64,000 nt of DNA from Orbicella franksi (taxonomy: Eukaryota). The position numbers and the translations under genes were made by a program. Below, in pieces: positions 49,161-62,614 of this stretch. The stretch covers positions 7,254,001-7,318,000 of the forward strand of contig OZ116702.1 of NCBI GenBank assembly GCA_964199315.1, written 5' to 3'. Position 1 is the stretch's first letter. Each line of letters begins with the position of its first letter. Under the pieces are notes generated by a model. It did no database searches. It saw nothing but the letters and a program-made list of their open reading frames with translations, and was not told the origin of the DNA.

Positions 49161-52100
49161 AAAGTACTGAAGTTTAAAGCTACAATAATGAGTTATCCAA
49201 TTATGCCGCTATAAAAAGTTCCACTTGCCTATTTTCCACTGTCACACAAAAATAGCGAATCATTATTATTTTCTCTTTTTCAATAAATACTTGATTTGTG
49301 TGAGATATATTTAGAATAACAAGGGCAGTAATAAATGGCAAGGCAGGATGTGATCTCTTTAGAAGAGAGCCCCAAGGCAGCCATTGCCTCCAACTTAATG
49401 AAACCACTAGAGGAACCTACATGGTAATTATTTGCTTCAAATAAGAATAAATAACCTTTGAGGTTAAAAAGGGACAAAATTATTTTATTTAATTTTATTG
49501 ATTATTTCTTATAACGAAAAAATACATTTAAGACGCGATTCCTTTCTGTTTGACGAATTTTGATTCAGATAAATCTGGAATATTCCACAGCAATCTTTGG
49601 TTGATCTTGGCAAACTTCCTCTGGCCTTGAAAAAACAAAATTCAAAGTTCACAGTGTAGGGTTCGGAGTATAATCAAAATTGTAAATAAACATTTTAATG
49701 GTCAAAGTATACTGAGGAAAAAAAGTGATCAATGCAAGGAGCGATTATGCGAAAGTCTGACAATCATCGAAGGACTTAATAAGACTATATTTTGGGGGAA
49801 AATATATATATGACTCAAGTCTTTAAATGTACAAGTAAGATATTGTTGCTTGCTTGACAATCAGCACTTCATAGAAAATGAATTAATGAGCTGATAACAT
49901 ATATGCGTAACAAAAAAAAAACAATGCGAATTGACATGTATAACGGGAGGAAATGAGTGGCTATCCACGTCAACTTTAATTTGAAGTGAATCAATGTTAG
50001 ACTGAATAAGCTACCGTCTCCTAAATATTGCGCCTTCCCACGAATTGCCCAGAGAGAAATCTTCTCTCCCCATTCGCCTCCAAAAAACCATAAGCTGACT
50101 TTAAGATGCAATTCTTAACAAAAGATATAAGTTCTTAATTCAGTTATACCTCCATCAACCCTCTCCTCCTCGCCATCTGTCTTTCTCTCCTGCAGAAGTT
50201 GTTTTGTATTTCATGCTTCATAAAAAGATTTCAGATAGATCTCGTTTGGGGATTGGGGAATCTTCAGCATTAAGGTTAACTCCCGTTACATAAGCCTGTT
50301 CCAGGGGGAAACAGCCATAAAGCGACGGGCGAAATAAGAAAAATAAAATCAAAAACAACGCCCCGCTCTCAAATTAACCGAACTCCTGGGAAAGAATAAA
50401 AAATACAGCATAATATGAGAGCGGGAGTTATTTTTATCTAAAACTTAAATATCCCTAAGCTTCGGACCAAAATACATTTCCAATTGTTTTATAATGCGTT
50501 AAAGGGTATAAACAGGAAAAACGCGTCACACTTTGGTGATTTAAAACGCCAATGTTATCCTAAAAATAGACCTTCGTGAAAACATATTTACTTGGAGGGT
50601 TAAAAATAGTCTTGTATTGTAAGTTATTTTTCGCCTTTAACGTTCAAATACGACATTATATAGGACTCCAACCAGAAATACAGTGTGCCAGACCTCGATA
50701 CTAGGTAAAGTATATATTACTTTTTTCGAGTGTAATCTGGATATTCACTGATAGCAAAATGTCTGACCCTCTTGCAGTTTTGTCAAGGTGATCGTTTATA
50801 ATACTAATATAATTTTTGAAAAAGCCATAATATCGTTTTTGTCTAAATGAATCTGGAACATTCCTTCTCATTAACGTGTTTTTGATTATTTTGTTTCCCA
50901 CGAAAACGACGTCCTTTAGGAATTACGCTTTTTTTCCCTTTGATGTCGGCCCAATTAAATTCAACCAATTCTTGAGGTTCACTTCTCTTTCATTCGACTA
51001 TCCAAGCCAAACGCGCAAAACGTCAGTTAAAGATATATTGAAACTTTTAAGAACTAACTGCTGAGATCAACTAGAAGCTTAAAGTTTATATTGAAAAAAC
51101 GAAAGTTCTTCCGTCAAAACATAACAAAAAAAAGATCCGATTCACTATTTATTATTGCATTTAATTTAAAAGTTTCGCGCCATATCGCCAGAGGTGTAAA
51201 ATATGAAGCCAAAATTTTTTCTATAATATAACTCCTTCGATATTTGAATTCGGTAAAATTTCATGATCATGAACAGAAGTAAGACGATAAAGAATATTCT
51301 CATCGAATACCAGGCGTGAAGTTTCGTTATACAACGTGGAGTAGCATTTTGAATTTCTCCATGTATTTAACTGTAAAACTGTAAGAGTCTACAGAAAATT
51401 ACAAACAAAGACTAAATTGAAAACTTAAAAATGCGACTTTGCATTCGCTTTCACAGCGTTTCCCTCAAATTTTATCAGCGAGATCTTTTGCTTATTTTTT
51501 TAGGTCTACAGTTAATAAAGAAATCGCTGAAATTGACGGGAATTCCGGTCTTTTTTCCCCGTCACAAATATTGTACTTTCGAGCCATGGTTTCACTTCCG
51601 GTAATATGACGGACGGCCTCCAGTTCGATTTCCGATTGACTCGACATAAAAATAAAACTGTTCACTGCAACTGGAAAGCGATATGTAGAGTTCTCGTAAC
51701 GTTGAGCAACAATCTCGTTTTATTTTGCTCTGTTCAAGAGTTAGCTATTTAAGAATTTATCCTTTTCCCTGGATAAATGTTAATAGAAAAAAATACCATA
51801 ACATTTAATCCCCTATATATTTTCGTTATCAGGAGGCCTGAAAAAACATATTGGAAGAAATTGAAAAAAGCTCTTTATAAGACCTCAATAAAACTGCTCC
51901 CTGAGGTACTATTACCGAAGTACAAGTGATTTCTGATATTTTTTAAAAGCCACAGTGAGCTATCTACATGTCCTTAGGAGTTTATCTTGTACCTAAAGCG
52001 GTCTTTCTTCGCCGTGGTAATTGAGATAGATGTTTACGTCGAAAAGGAAAACGGTTTAGAATGGTACATCCGTTCCCGTAAACGATTCAGCAATGTAGAA

Positions 52101-54832
52101 AATCCAGCCTGCTTGTACAGACGGACATGACAGTCGAAAATCCTTCAGCTTCTCAGACTATAGGAAACTGGACTCCTGCGAGTCTACAAAGTGACAGTTT
52201 TATGATATAAGCCGACTGTTCGTAAAACAGCTACGATACAACGACAAAATAACATTGTTATATTAAAATTTTATAGTTATATACGGATGCAATATCAGTT
52301 ACAAAGGAATACACTGTAAAACCGGTTTGCATCTTTCCCTTGAGGAACTGATCCTTGCAGAAAAAAAACATTCGTTAATACCTTGTTTTGACGGGCCTAG
52401 GCTCTCAGCTGCAGTAGCTTCTCTTGGCTTTGAGATGAATGACGGCCTCGCCGCAGATGGTAAGTTGCTAGTTTTGCCGTAAACAAACATGCTTTTTAGC
52501 TTTTTGTTTCGCCCCTCTGCTAAATAAGCTGTGTCAAGGAAGCGAATTGGCATGGGAATCAGCGCTTTCATCCGCTAACAATATTCTCAATTTTGTAACT
52601 AGCGCTCAGTTCTTGCAAGAAGTCCTTTGCAAACAACACTGTAGTAAACTAGGTGTGGCTGGATTAGGCTTTGCAAATCGAGGTGCAATCTGTCCTTGCT
52701 TGATAGAAAGGTTTAACTTCAATATTCGCTTTAATATTCACTCCGCAACCATACGATGTACTGTATCTCCATCCAGAAATTTCAGGAAACCCTTTGATAC
52801 ACGGTCTTGTTGAGTAACCAAACAATCGTCCCAAAAAGGAGTAACTATTGAGAATTAGCAAAGGAAGGGGAAAATTCTCTAAATAACGATTTCCTTTCTT
52901 TTGTAAAGGAAAAATCATACTTCACTGCCTTTAATTACTCGAAGCTATCACCTTTAATTGTAATTTTCAGTTTATTAGAGAATCAAAATATTGCCTTAAA
53001 CACTCAGCAATTATTGAGTCCTAATGTCTCGCTAACTTATATCATTGGGTTGAAAGCAAAACAGCAAAGACGTTTGGCTTAGCTTCCCTAGAATTTTGAA
53101 TTTTCTCATGTTTTCTTCCGGGCTGAGTGCGTGGTGCTGTGGTTTTTCAACTCGGGAAGAAGGAAGAAGCCTTTTGAATGCACCCGCCCACACGTTAACC
53201 GTACTTACAACTTCCGGCAAACATTTTTTATTCATCTCTATAGTATACCGTCGCAAGAGAATACCTACATTTACAACAAAGGTAAGAGAATTCAGCTTGT
53301 TTAAAGACAACAGAAAACAGACACAATCCGAGTTTCACACCTATAAAAACAAGACGAAAAGGGTTCCTAAAATGTGGGCAAAATGACATGCCATACCTGT
53401 AGTCAAGAAGCGAAGGTTTCGATACGACATTAGTACGTACATTCCAGTAAAAACGTTTTAGCACGAGTGCTAACAACAGATTATTGTAGCGCTTTACATT
53501 CAGTTAGAGATATCACATTTGTTAAGATAAGGTTTGTACATGTAAATGATAAGACAGGACAGTGCCAGTTAAAGAAACTAAGGTTTCTATGTATTTCCCC
53601 TCCGACTCCTCTTTCGATACCGATTGTCTGAATGCAAGTATGTTATAAGTTAAGTTATAATGTTTATAACGACACTTAACAGGTTAAAGGTTGTCTTCAG
53701 TGGCATTTCATAATAAATGTATTGACTATTCTTCTTTTGAGCTGGCTTTACCTGAAAACATTGTTTCACTCAAACCCACGATTGTTGAACCCGTACTGCC
53801 TTGTACTAAGGCATTTGTTCAGGACCGGAGGTGATACATAAACTGCATGCATGTTGTACTGAACCTCAGAAAAGAATAAAAATTTACCAGTTGTTATTAC
53901 AAGGCTCAAAGAGGCGCTTGCTTTACCGATACGCTTATGAATTGGCTAAGCCAGGTTGAGCTAAAATTCCGGAAGGAAAGCATGAAAGTAAATTATAATT
54001 AATGTTTAACTTAACGGCGTTTCAGAGTCATCGTCAAAAACTTATAAGCTTTTTTATAATTTAGAAATTTGCTACGGTATTTCCTCGATAAACGATAGTC
54101 TGATTTTATTACAAAGGGAAGATTTCTACAAGATAATAGTCTGAAATTGCCTTGAAACTACGGAAATGTTCTTCCCTGAACTCGGACTTCCAACACACCA
54201 AGAGCCATTGCACAACATCGACGCGAAAAAATACAGACAATTTCGTTTAAAGAGAACCATTCATTATTTGACGGCATAATTCTAGACGAAAGCAAGCTTA
54301 AGGTATAATTTTAGCATAACGAAATACTACACAGCCTGCTGAAAATACTCCTACAAGCAGTAACAGATGTCGGCGCTCAACAGGAACACCCGTCGCTGAA
54401 CGGAGCTAATAAATGCAACACGTACTTAAAAAAAGTTCCGCTGCAACGTAGGCTGCAGTCAGTGAACAATACGTTGGCGTGCATTGACAGATTTTGCTGT
54501 TTCTAATAGTGTTAAAATTGGTCATCTCAGTGCAGTTCTGTTTTTTTTTTTCCGGCTCGTGTATATATATATGTGTGTGTGTGTCTTTCCGCAATAACTT
54601 TGGACACAATAAACTGAGTGCAAGAGATTGCAAGTACGACGAGGGAGTCAATTGGTAGGTTGACCCAAAGTCCGATTAAAACAACTGAAGCTATTAACTA
54701 GAGTATATTTAAATTCTACTTTATTGTTTCTCTCTTAGAATAGTGCGTTTAACATTAGCCATAATATAAAAAGAAAATTTCACGAGAAATATGTTGCGTT
54801 GACCAACAGAATTATGCAGTACTGAAAACATT

Positions 54833-55200
54833 AGGGAATTTAAGTAACCACGACGGCTACGCTAAGGACAACGTCGACTGAAGATAATTTTCTATTTTGC
54901 CTACAGATCTCGGGATACTCTATAGTTGTTTACGTTGTTTATCACTGTCAAAACCATCATGAAACTGAATCTGGGACACAGCGATTGATTCGAAATAAAA
55001 ATTTAAAACATTAAAACATCAGCCGTCGAGGTTCACGTGCTCTTGACAACGCAGAATTTGGTCATTTCACGTTGTTGTTTTGAAGAGGACGGCAAGCAAA
55101 GAATTATAACACATGTGCAAAGCCGTTGTTCTGCTCATTAAACCTTTTGTTTTATCGACGTTCCCGTTGTCGTTGGCGTCGTGGTTTTCTTAAACTCCCT
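54833..55200. mobile_element. PIF/Harbinger-type MITE
   Basis: TIRs agggaatttaag / cttaaactccct, with 3-bp TSD ATT at 54830-54832 and 55201-55203. Confidence 0.85.
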
Positions 55201-58200
55201 ATTATCCCGGCTCCACTCGTCTGGGACACGATAACTCCTCAGTTAACTTTAACTTGTTCATGAAAGCTTGCTAGCTTCTAAAAATGTCATTTTAAGGACG
55301 ACATCATTTTAAAGTGATTCTGTAAGGTTATTTCATGACTCAAAAAAAGAAATTCACGCCATGCCAAGAAAGCAATAACGAGCAATTCCCGAGACCAGAA
55401 GTGGTCAGTCTGTCATTAGCGGTTACCGTCATTGTTCAATCGTGAACCTTGAGCGAGCGTCCACAACCACATCAGTCAGAACATCTGAGATAAAAAAAGC
55501 AAGGTGTTCAGTAGTTTATATTTTCCACCTTACATCGCCTAAAAGAACTGGTTTACTCAAAGAAAACTGTTTATGAAAGTGAGGGGTGCAGTAATTATGT
55601 CAGGCTGTAGTCGATCTGGAACGCTCCCATAATCAAGCCTGGGCGATTCTAGTTTTCATATCGACTTCATACGCGCTTCTTGAAGAAAATCTGGAAGAAA
55701 ACTGAACCATTTATTTGTTCACACTCGTTTTCATCCTTATTCGAACACCAACAACATTTTTTAGGTGCTACGGTTATTCACTGTCGGATTACTAGCCTAT
55801 ATCAGTTACCCTAACTAAAAGCTGCGCCGTAGCTATTGTATTTGCGGCTAGTAAAAGTCGGAGTACTTTGTTAGGCAATACAAATTTTGGAAACATCAGC
55901 CTTTTGGTTCATTGGAAAAAAGAAGAGAAATAAACAGTCATCGATCTGACGTAGTCTTAAAGGAGTAGTCGACAGGAAGGAAAGCACCAAAGGGAAACAG
56001 GAAAAACACGACATCGTTTAGTTATTTGTACCCATCGTCGGAAGATGCAAACCCTCAATTCATCGGTTTATGACAGTTCCTTTTATTCGGTGATCAGAAC
56101 TTAGTTTCGTCGTGACAGAGAGAACGTTAGATGAAATAACCCTCAGAAGCTATATCACTCCGAAACGAACGTCAGAATGAGATGCATATAGTGGGACTCC
56201 GACAACTGAATTCGGACCAAATTGTTCGTTGCCAATATGCCATGAAACTTAAACGACCCCGAACACAACTTCATACAACAAGGTCTTGGTTTCGCGGAAA
56301 GTTTAGCATAACGAGAGCCGGGGTCAATGTAAACATAAGTTACTCTGAAGCCATCATAGATATTTAAGATACACTGTATCTGCATGGCCTCCGACAATTT
56401 TGAGCAAAATTAAACCGGTCATTCCCATTTTGAATGCACATAGGGTCATAAACGCGCGCACATAAATACATGTGTACAAGAAACAATTTCTAAGGTCTTC
56501 GCTTGTTACGAAAGCGCTCAATGTAAACGCATATATATAACACACTGTGTCTTGTAGCTAAAACTTTTAGAGATGGTGAGCCAAAAGCTGTTGTAGATAG
56601 ACGGAAAAGCAAGATTTTCCTTCCTTCGGAAGACCGGAAATAGAGGCTAGTAAACATGGAACTAGACTAGCGCGGCTTCACCCGGTGCATGTTCAAAAAA
56701 TCATTCCTTTTCCATCTTATTTCATTTTTCTTTGTATGTTACGTTAAATCAGAAACCATCAATTTAAGTTTTCTAATAATAAACTTAGAGTTTGCTGGCT
56801 AAAATATAGAGTTAACTAATATCTAAACGTATTTGTCACGGAAGGATTTCCTCTATTCACTGAATACGATGAAATAGCACCTAGTTCGTCTAAGCCATGC
56901 CGGCAAAGTGTTCTAACTCCTCGTTTTATACCGAGTCTTCAGCGTCTTTTTTACCACTGAAAAACGCTTAATCGTCAGACGAAAAAGAGAACTTTGACAT
57001 TGGAGGGTTGCGTTATCGGTAAACACATTGTTGGTTGTTACACTAAAACGTACTGACCTCCAAACACATCGAGACCACGAAAAATTGTCAAGTTGCCGAA
57101 GACAACGATTCTGTCTCTTTTATTTCTTCTCAAAATTATGCCGCAATATACTCAATATTAAGTCAGTGTTTTTATAATCGGGCTAGAAAAGAGGAAATTA
57201 AAAAAATAAGACACTTAAACTCGTACAAACCGTCCTCGAGAATTTAAGAATCGTGTTGTCATCTGGTTTAGATCCGCCATTTTCTACATACGCAGATATT
57301 GATTTACTGTAGTTTGGCAAAACCCTCAAGCAAATTGATTTCTCACTAAGCGTTCACCGAACACACCTTTATTCAGTTCATTCATGGTCACGTTCAAAAA
57401 CAAAACAAAAACAAAGATGACAATTTACTGAAGAACGCGTTTCACTAACAACATCAGTGCTGGAGGCTACTGAACATCCTACATGTCTTCCTTTACAGGC
57501 GGAAGACAAGATCGCGCGCGGAAGCCGGCCAAATCCTGGGCGTAAGGTCTGCATTTATCGCTCCGTCGTCTGTGGACCCACCCCAATATCTGCCTATGTT
57601 TACTCATTTTCGTCGTTTTAAGGCAACAATTCGCGAGCTTGATACCAAAAACACACTTCATGTCTTATATGTCTTGTTTACACTGACTAAAAGCCCGGTG
57701 AACCATCTGTAAGAACCGGCGTTTCTCTTCAGTTTAAAATCCAGTCACTACAGGTAGGGTATAGTTTTTCATATATGTTCACTGAGCTTATGGAAACATG
57801 ATTTTGCTAAATTAAGGACTTTTTTTTTTATCATTTTTCGAATTGAGGGAAGTAAATAACAGCTAGCATGCATTGCTGGCGAATAGGTACTATTGCTAAC
57901 AACAACTCGGCACTGACTTCGGACTGAGAGTAGCCGAGAACCCAGCATGAAAAACATACACAGCTCTTTCAAATGACTCTCAAATAAGTCGTAAGGCTGA
58001 AAGCCATTGTCAAATTCATGGAACTAGACAAAATAAATAGAGCCTATTTCATCGAAAACAGATCTCTTCAAGCTGATAAATTTAGATGAGATGGCAAGTG
58101 CAAAACTTTCCACTTCGAACACTTTTATATAACACACAGTCGGTGGCGTTGTGTGTGGATAAGAGGTTTACAACTCACGCTAGGAAGCACAAAAAACATT

Positions 58201-60271
58201 TGATAATGCATGTCGAACTCGGTGCAGTTTTCAGCTGAATGCATAATCCCCAAATGGTTGCAAATTACCGTCTTGTCAAATATACTTTTACCTCATACAC
58301 TCTGTTTTAACCATCTTAACGCATAGCTATGTAAATTTACTCTCCGCGGTTTGGATTGCTTACTTGCATTCCGAAATGCGTTACACAACAGTGAAAATTT
58401 CGGCAAGTTTCCCCTAGCCGGGTGAGAATCTATAAAGAATAATAAGGCCAAACGAATAAACAGAAGACAAAAGTCTTGACTGAATTTTAGTTACTGTTTT
58501 TACTGTAATATTCAGTGCTAAACTGATTCAAAAAACAGCCGAGTTTGTCTCCTTCCCACTAACCACGGGTTCTTGAGACAAAAATGAACACCTTTGCAAC
58601 GAGAAAAACTTTGTTTATTCTACAACATTCGATGATAAGCCCAAAAGTCTTTCTTAAATAATCGTGAGTGTTCTTCCGTTGTATTTGCGTCCTTTGATTT
58701 CAATTTTTCATCCATAGTTACAAGCAATTAGGTTCTAAACGACATCAAAAATGGACTTTGGAATACTGCTAAGGCGAAAGGGTAAAAAAAAAAGACCCCA
58801 AAAAATGGAGAAAAAATAAATTAAGAATTCACAAGACTAGCTGGAGAGCATCGCAAACCGAAGGAAGGGTGCAGTATTAAATTAGTGAAGGTATTTTTCC
58901 TGTATTTAAAATACAACAATGCGTAATCCAGTGCAAAAAAGAAGTAAATAGATGGCTCAAGTAGGTTTTGCATGCAAGTTGAAACGTCGGCGATTATGCT
59001 TTACATGCAAATTACAAATATACCACTTTTGTTGAATGTCGATCGTCTATTGCTCATAAAAACCACCACACAACGCTTACAGAATCACCGCGACAGAAGA
59101 ATACATTTACACGAACTATGATGCCCTTCCCTTCTCTTTGGACTCTCCCCTGCAGCCTTCGGAGTTAATTCTTGTCCAAAACAGGCATAGCTGTTTAGCA
59201 TGTCAATTCACGATCTGAAATTGCATGCTGTTTATGCATCGCGCTGAGAAAAGGTCTATCCGTTAAAGGCGAATTTTCAGTTGTCTTGAGCAATTTGTTT
59301 TCATTGAAACCAGAGAAAAATCTAAATTGCCGGAGTTTCGCGGCTGATGTTTGTATTACACGAATTTTCCATTAGAATCATCATGAGAGATTGGAGATCC
59401 GATCTCCAGTTCTGTCATTCGGAAAAAAACATTGTTGAATATTCTAAGTGGCAACATTAATTTTGTCAGTGCCAATATTTTTATGATGCCGCTCGGAAAA
59501 AAAACAACATTGCAAATAATAATGTTTAGCCTATAAAGATATATTTTTTTTTCCACGAAGCAATAACATCAAAGGTGCAGCGATATTGAGCAAAAATTTG
59601 AGGATTTACTGAATAGAAAAAATATTTATTTTCCTGCTTTTAAATTCAAAAGCAAGATGCGGTTTCAGCTTTTGCAATCTATAGCACTTTTTTCACCTGC
59701 CTCTCGTTCGTGAATCTCGCATAAACGCTAGCGAAAATAATCTACACTCTTTGCAATGGCTTACCAGTGTTCAAACTTCCCGGAAAAACCGATTGCCGGT
59801 CACACTTCAGTGTTTGATCCAAATATATTCCACCCACGCAAAACCAAACCGGGTTAAAATAGAAGCATCGCTAGCTATTCTCTGCGTAGGATTTAAAATG
59901 GATTTTCTCGCCAGCAAATTAATGCAGAAATATCACACCTTGTTGAATAATTTATGACCGCCTACCGACGAATTTCTTTTGAAAGTGCATTTTGCGATCA
60001 ATCAACTGGCTCATCTTCGAAAGTATTTTGTTTCACAAATGTTCTGACACGAAAATGGTACGGCAAAAAAATCGAATGGATCTATGCTAAAGTAAAAGTT
60101 CATGTCAGAGCAACGCGGCAGCGAAAAAGATCACAACCCCTGGAGGGGCAAGAAATTATTCAGCGCGAGTATTTTTAAACATTAGCATGCACTTTGCTGG
60201 AAAAAAACAATGTTTTCCTTTCATCTCGTTTTAGACAGCCTTATTGTGTATTTATACACACAGACCTCATA

Positions 60272-61429
60272 TGACGTCAGCGTGACGTCAGACAGGGGAC
60301 TTATCTGGCAAGGCAGCACAAAGCCTCCAACGGCTCACTAGTGTTCGGTGAATATAATTTACGAGTCCAATTAATTTTAGTTTTCTGGTTCACGTGAAGA
60401 CGTATACAGTTCTATTCGATTCTTCCGCTCGTGGGCGTTCATTTGCGTTTTGTTTAGAGACGATGACGTCAAGGCATTTTGCCAAGTCTAAGTAGACTTT
60501 CTTCATGCGACAGATTCACTTCGTATTTTGATTCGAAAAGGGTAACGCGACCGAGCGCCGTGTTTGTATTCCTTTTCACGCCGACCGCCTTCAGAGTTCG
60601 CAGCTCAGTGTCAACCGGCTCATTCAGCGCTCCAAATCTCTCCTGAGAGGTGGGTTCATTTGACTATAGCCGTCGGATTTATTTATGGGAGTTAATTTGA
60701 CTTCTTGTAGGATTTGATTTTATTCACACTCGGGCGTGGTGGCTCACCGGGCTAGTTGGCACTTTTACCCTGCTTATATTCATAGAGACTTATTAGCTGT
60801 AAATATGCATACGATAAATAGCAAACTCTCACTCGATTGAGCGTGAAGATATATTTTAAACCAGAGAAAACTCACGTGGAATAAATAATAACGGTTCGTT
60901 ATACTTTAGTATTATTAGCAAGGTAACAGAGATCCGTGGCTGCTTGCTTGGACGTGCGTGATATTTTTTCTTCCGACTTGTCAAGACTCATGCACGATTT
61001 CAAGCTGACATGTTGCTGTATTATTACAACAAATAAAAAAACTGTCATGTTTTACACGTAATACATCAGTGTACTTATCACGAATCAGCCTCAAAATGTC
61101 GCTTTTTCGTATCCAGTGAGATCAAAATAGAAATTTCTTGATATATTTTTCGCCTGTGAAAAGTAATTTATTTAACGACACTCGTTCTCTAAAATACGCA
61201 TTTTCATGGTCCGTCAAAATAATAACAACAAATAATTTTAACATACTTTAATCTCCCGACCGATCTACATTTCCTTCGTGTTACGTTTAAAATCTCATAT
61301 AGATATATACTGTACGTTGCATTTAAAATTGCTTTCTTGGGTCAATTTTCAGTCTTACTTTTATTCAGAGCGGAAGTCCTCTTTGAATGAACTTTTACTT
61401 CCGGCAATTTTTAGTTTCCTGTGACGTCA
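60272..61429. promoter_or_regulatory. Cluster of four palindromic CRE sites (TGACGTCA) with ETS sites
   Basis: TGACGTCA at 60272, 60283, 60464 and 61422. ETS-like gcggaagt and acttccgg lie at ~61370-61405. Confidence 0.75.
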
Positions 61430-61439
61430 TTACCCAGAA

Positions 61440-62614
61440 GTCTCGGGTGCGTGCGATTGATGATGCTCGTGTGGCCGGTGTTACATTCTCTCTGTGTTCA
61501 TGCCATGACAATTCGACTGTTTTTAGGGAAAAATTATCTGTTTTAACTCCTGAATTAACGAGGTCTTCTCTTAGTAACCTACGGGAGACGTTGCAGCTCA
61601 TTTGAAGTTCCGGTTGCAATTCTGCGTCCAAAAGCCGCGTCCGTTCTTTGCCGTGAAAATTCTCGGCAGTTTTCAAAACCTGCTGCAGTTTGGTGCATTT
61701 ATCCGGCTGTTTGTACCGCCATCGCTGCCACAGATGAAAAGAAAAACATGTCTAGCAAACTTTCAGGTGAGGTAAAGTGGCCGGCGAGAGAGATTCCCGG
61801 GATTTGTTAGTTGGAGTTAAATTAAGCTCGCCCACGCTCAAAAATGTGTTACGAAAATATCGGCGTGGATGAGCAAAACTTTCCCCTCGGTGTCGGCAAA
61901 TCTGTTGTCGATTTCATGTGCAAGTCTCGTCGATTGCGAGAGGTTTGCGTCATATTGAGGCGGCCTTTTGTAAGGTTTGGATCTGGCTTTTTCTTACAAT
62001 GGGCGTTGTTCAACTAATGTAGAATTTTTGGGGTTTATCTTGTTTAGGTCGATGTTTGGAGGGAGTGTAGTCGAGTGGAGTGAATTATTAATTAAGGTTT
62101 TTATAAGTTGTCGATTTCAAGCAAAATCTACCCCCATTTGAGCGTCCACTCTTTGTGCTTTTCCTAATTTTATTTTATTTTAGGAGAGTATTCATGGAAT
62201 ATGTCTATTATTAGGGGAATATTTTTTGGACAGTTTTATTGGGAAGCCACCATTTTATTTAGTGGATACTGTATAAGCTTAATTTTATAAAGGTGCTTCT
62301 CCACTCGTTAATCTGTAAATGTGCAAGTTTCTTTCTTGTTTTGCAAGTCCTAAGTTGAATTTTCATCACATGTTATCGTATCCTATTTTTCAGCTTTAAT
62401 TTTTTGATTAAAAAATTCTTATTCGGCCTGTTTTTACTTCCCCTTTCAGATTTAAGGCCGTAAATACGCCGGGGCTGATTCTGCAATTTTGGGCAAAATT
62501 TGTTACGTTTTCACCACGCAAGACTTTTCCAAACGGAATGATCGATAGTTTGCAAGTTTCCTCTTTCCACTGCAGCGATGATTGAAAATGGACCTAAACT
62601 GGCTACTTTCTAAG
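61440..62614 (+). other. 5' end of an unidentified spliced plus-strand gene (leader exon plus exon with candidate start MDLNWLLSK)
   Basis: Donor CAG|gtgagg at 61766/61767, acceptor ttcccctttcag| at 62449/62450 and donor AAG|gtaaga at 62614/62615. ATG 62588 is in gaaaATGg context. The start of the first exon is approximate and the downstream exons are not in the window. Confidence 0.55.

Noticed and set aside
60731-60747. 7SL/Alu-like start cgggcgtggtggctcac
   Set aside because: The similarity stops after ~17 nt and no SRP RNA body follows.
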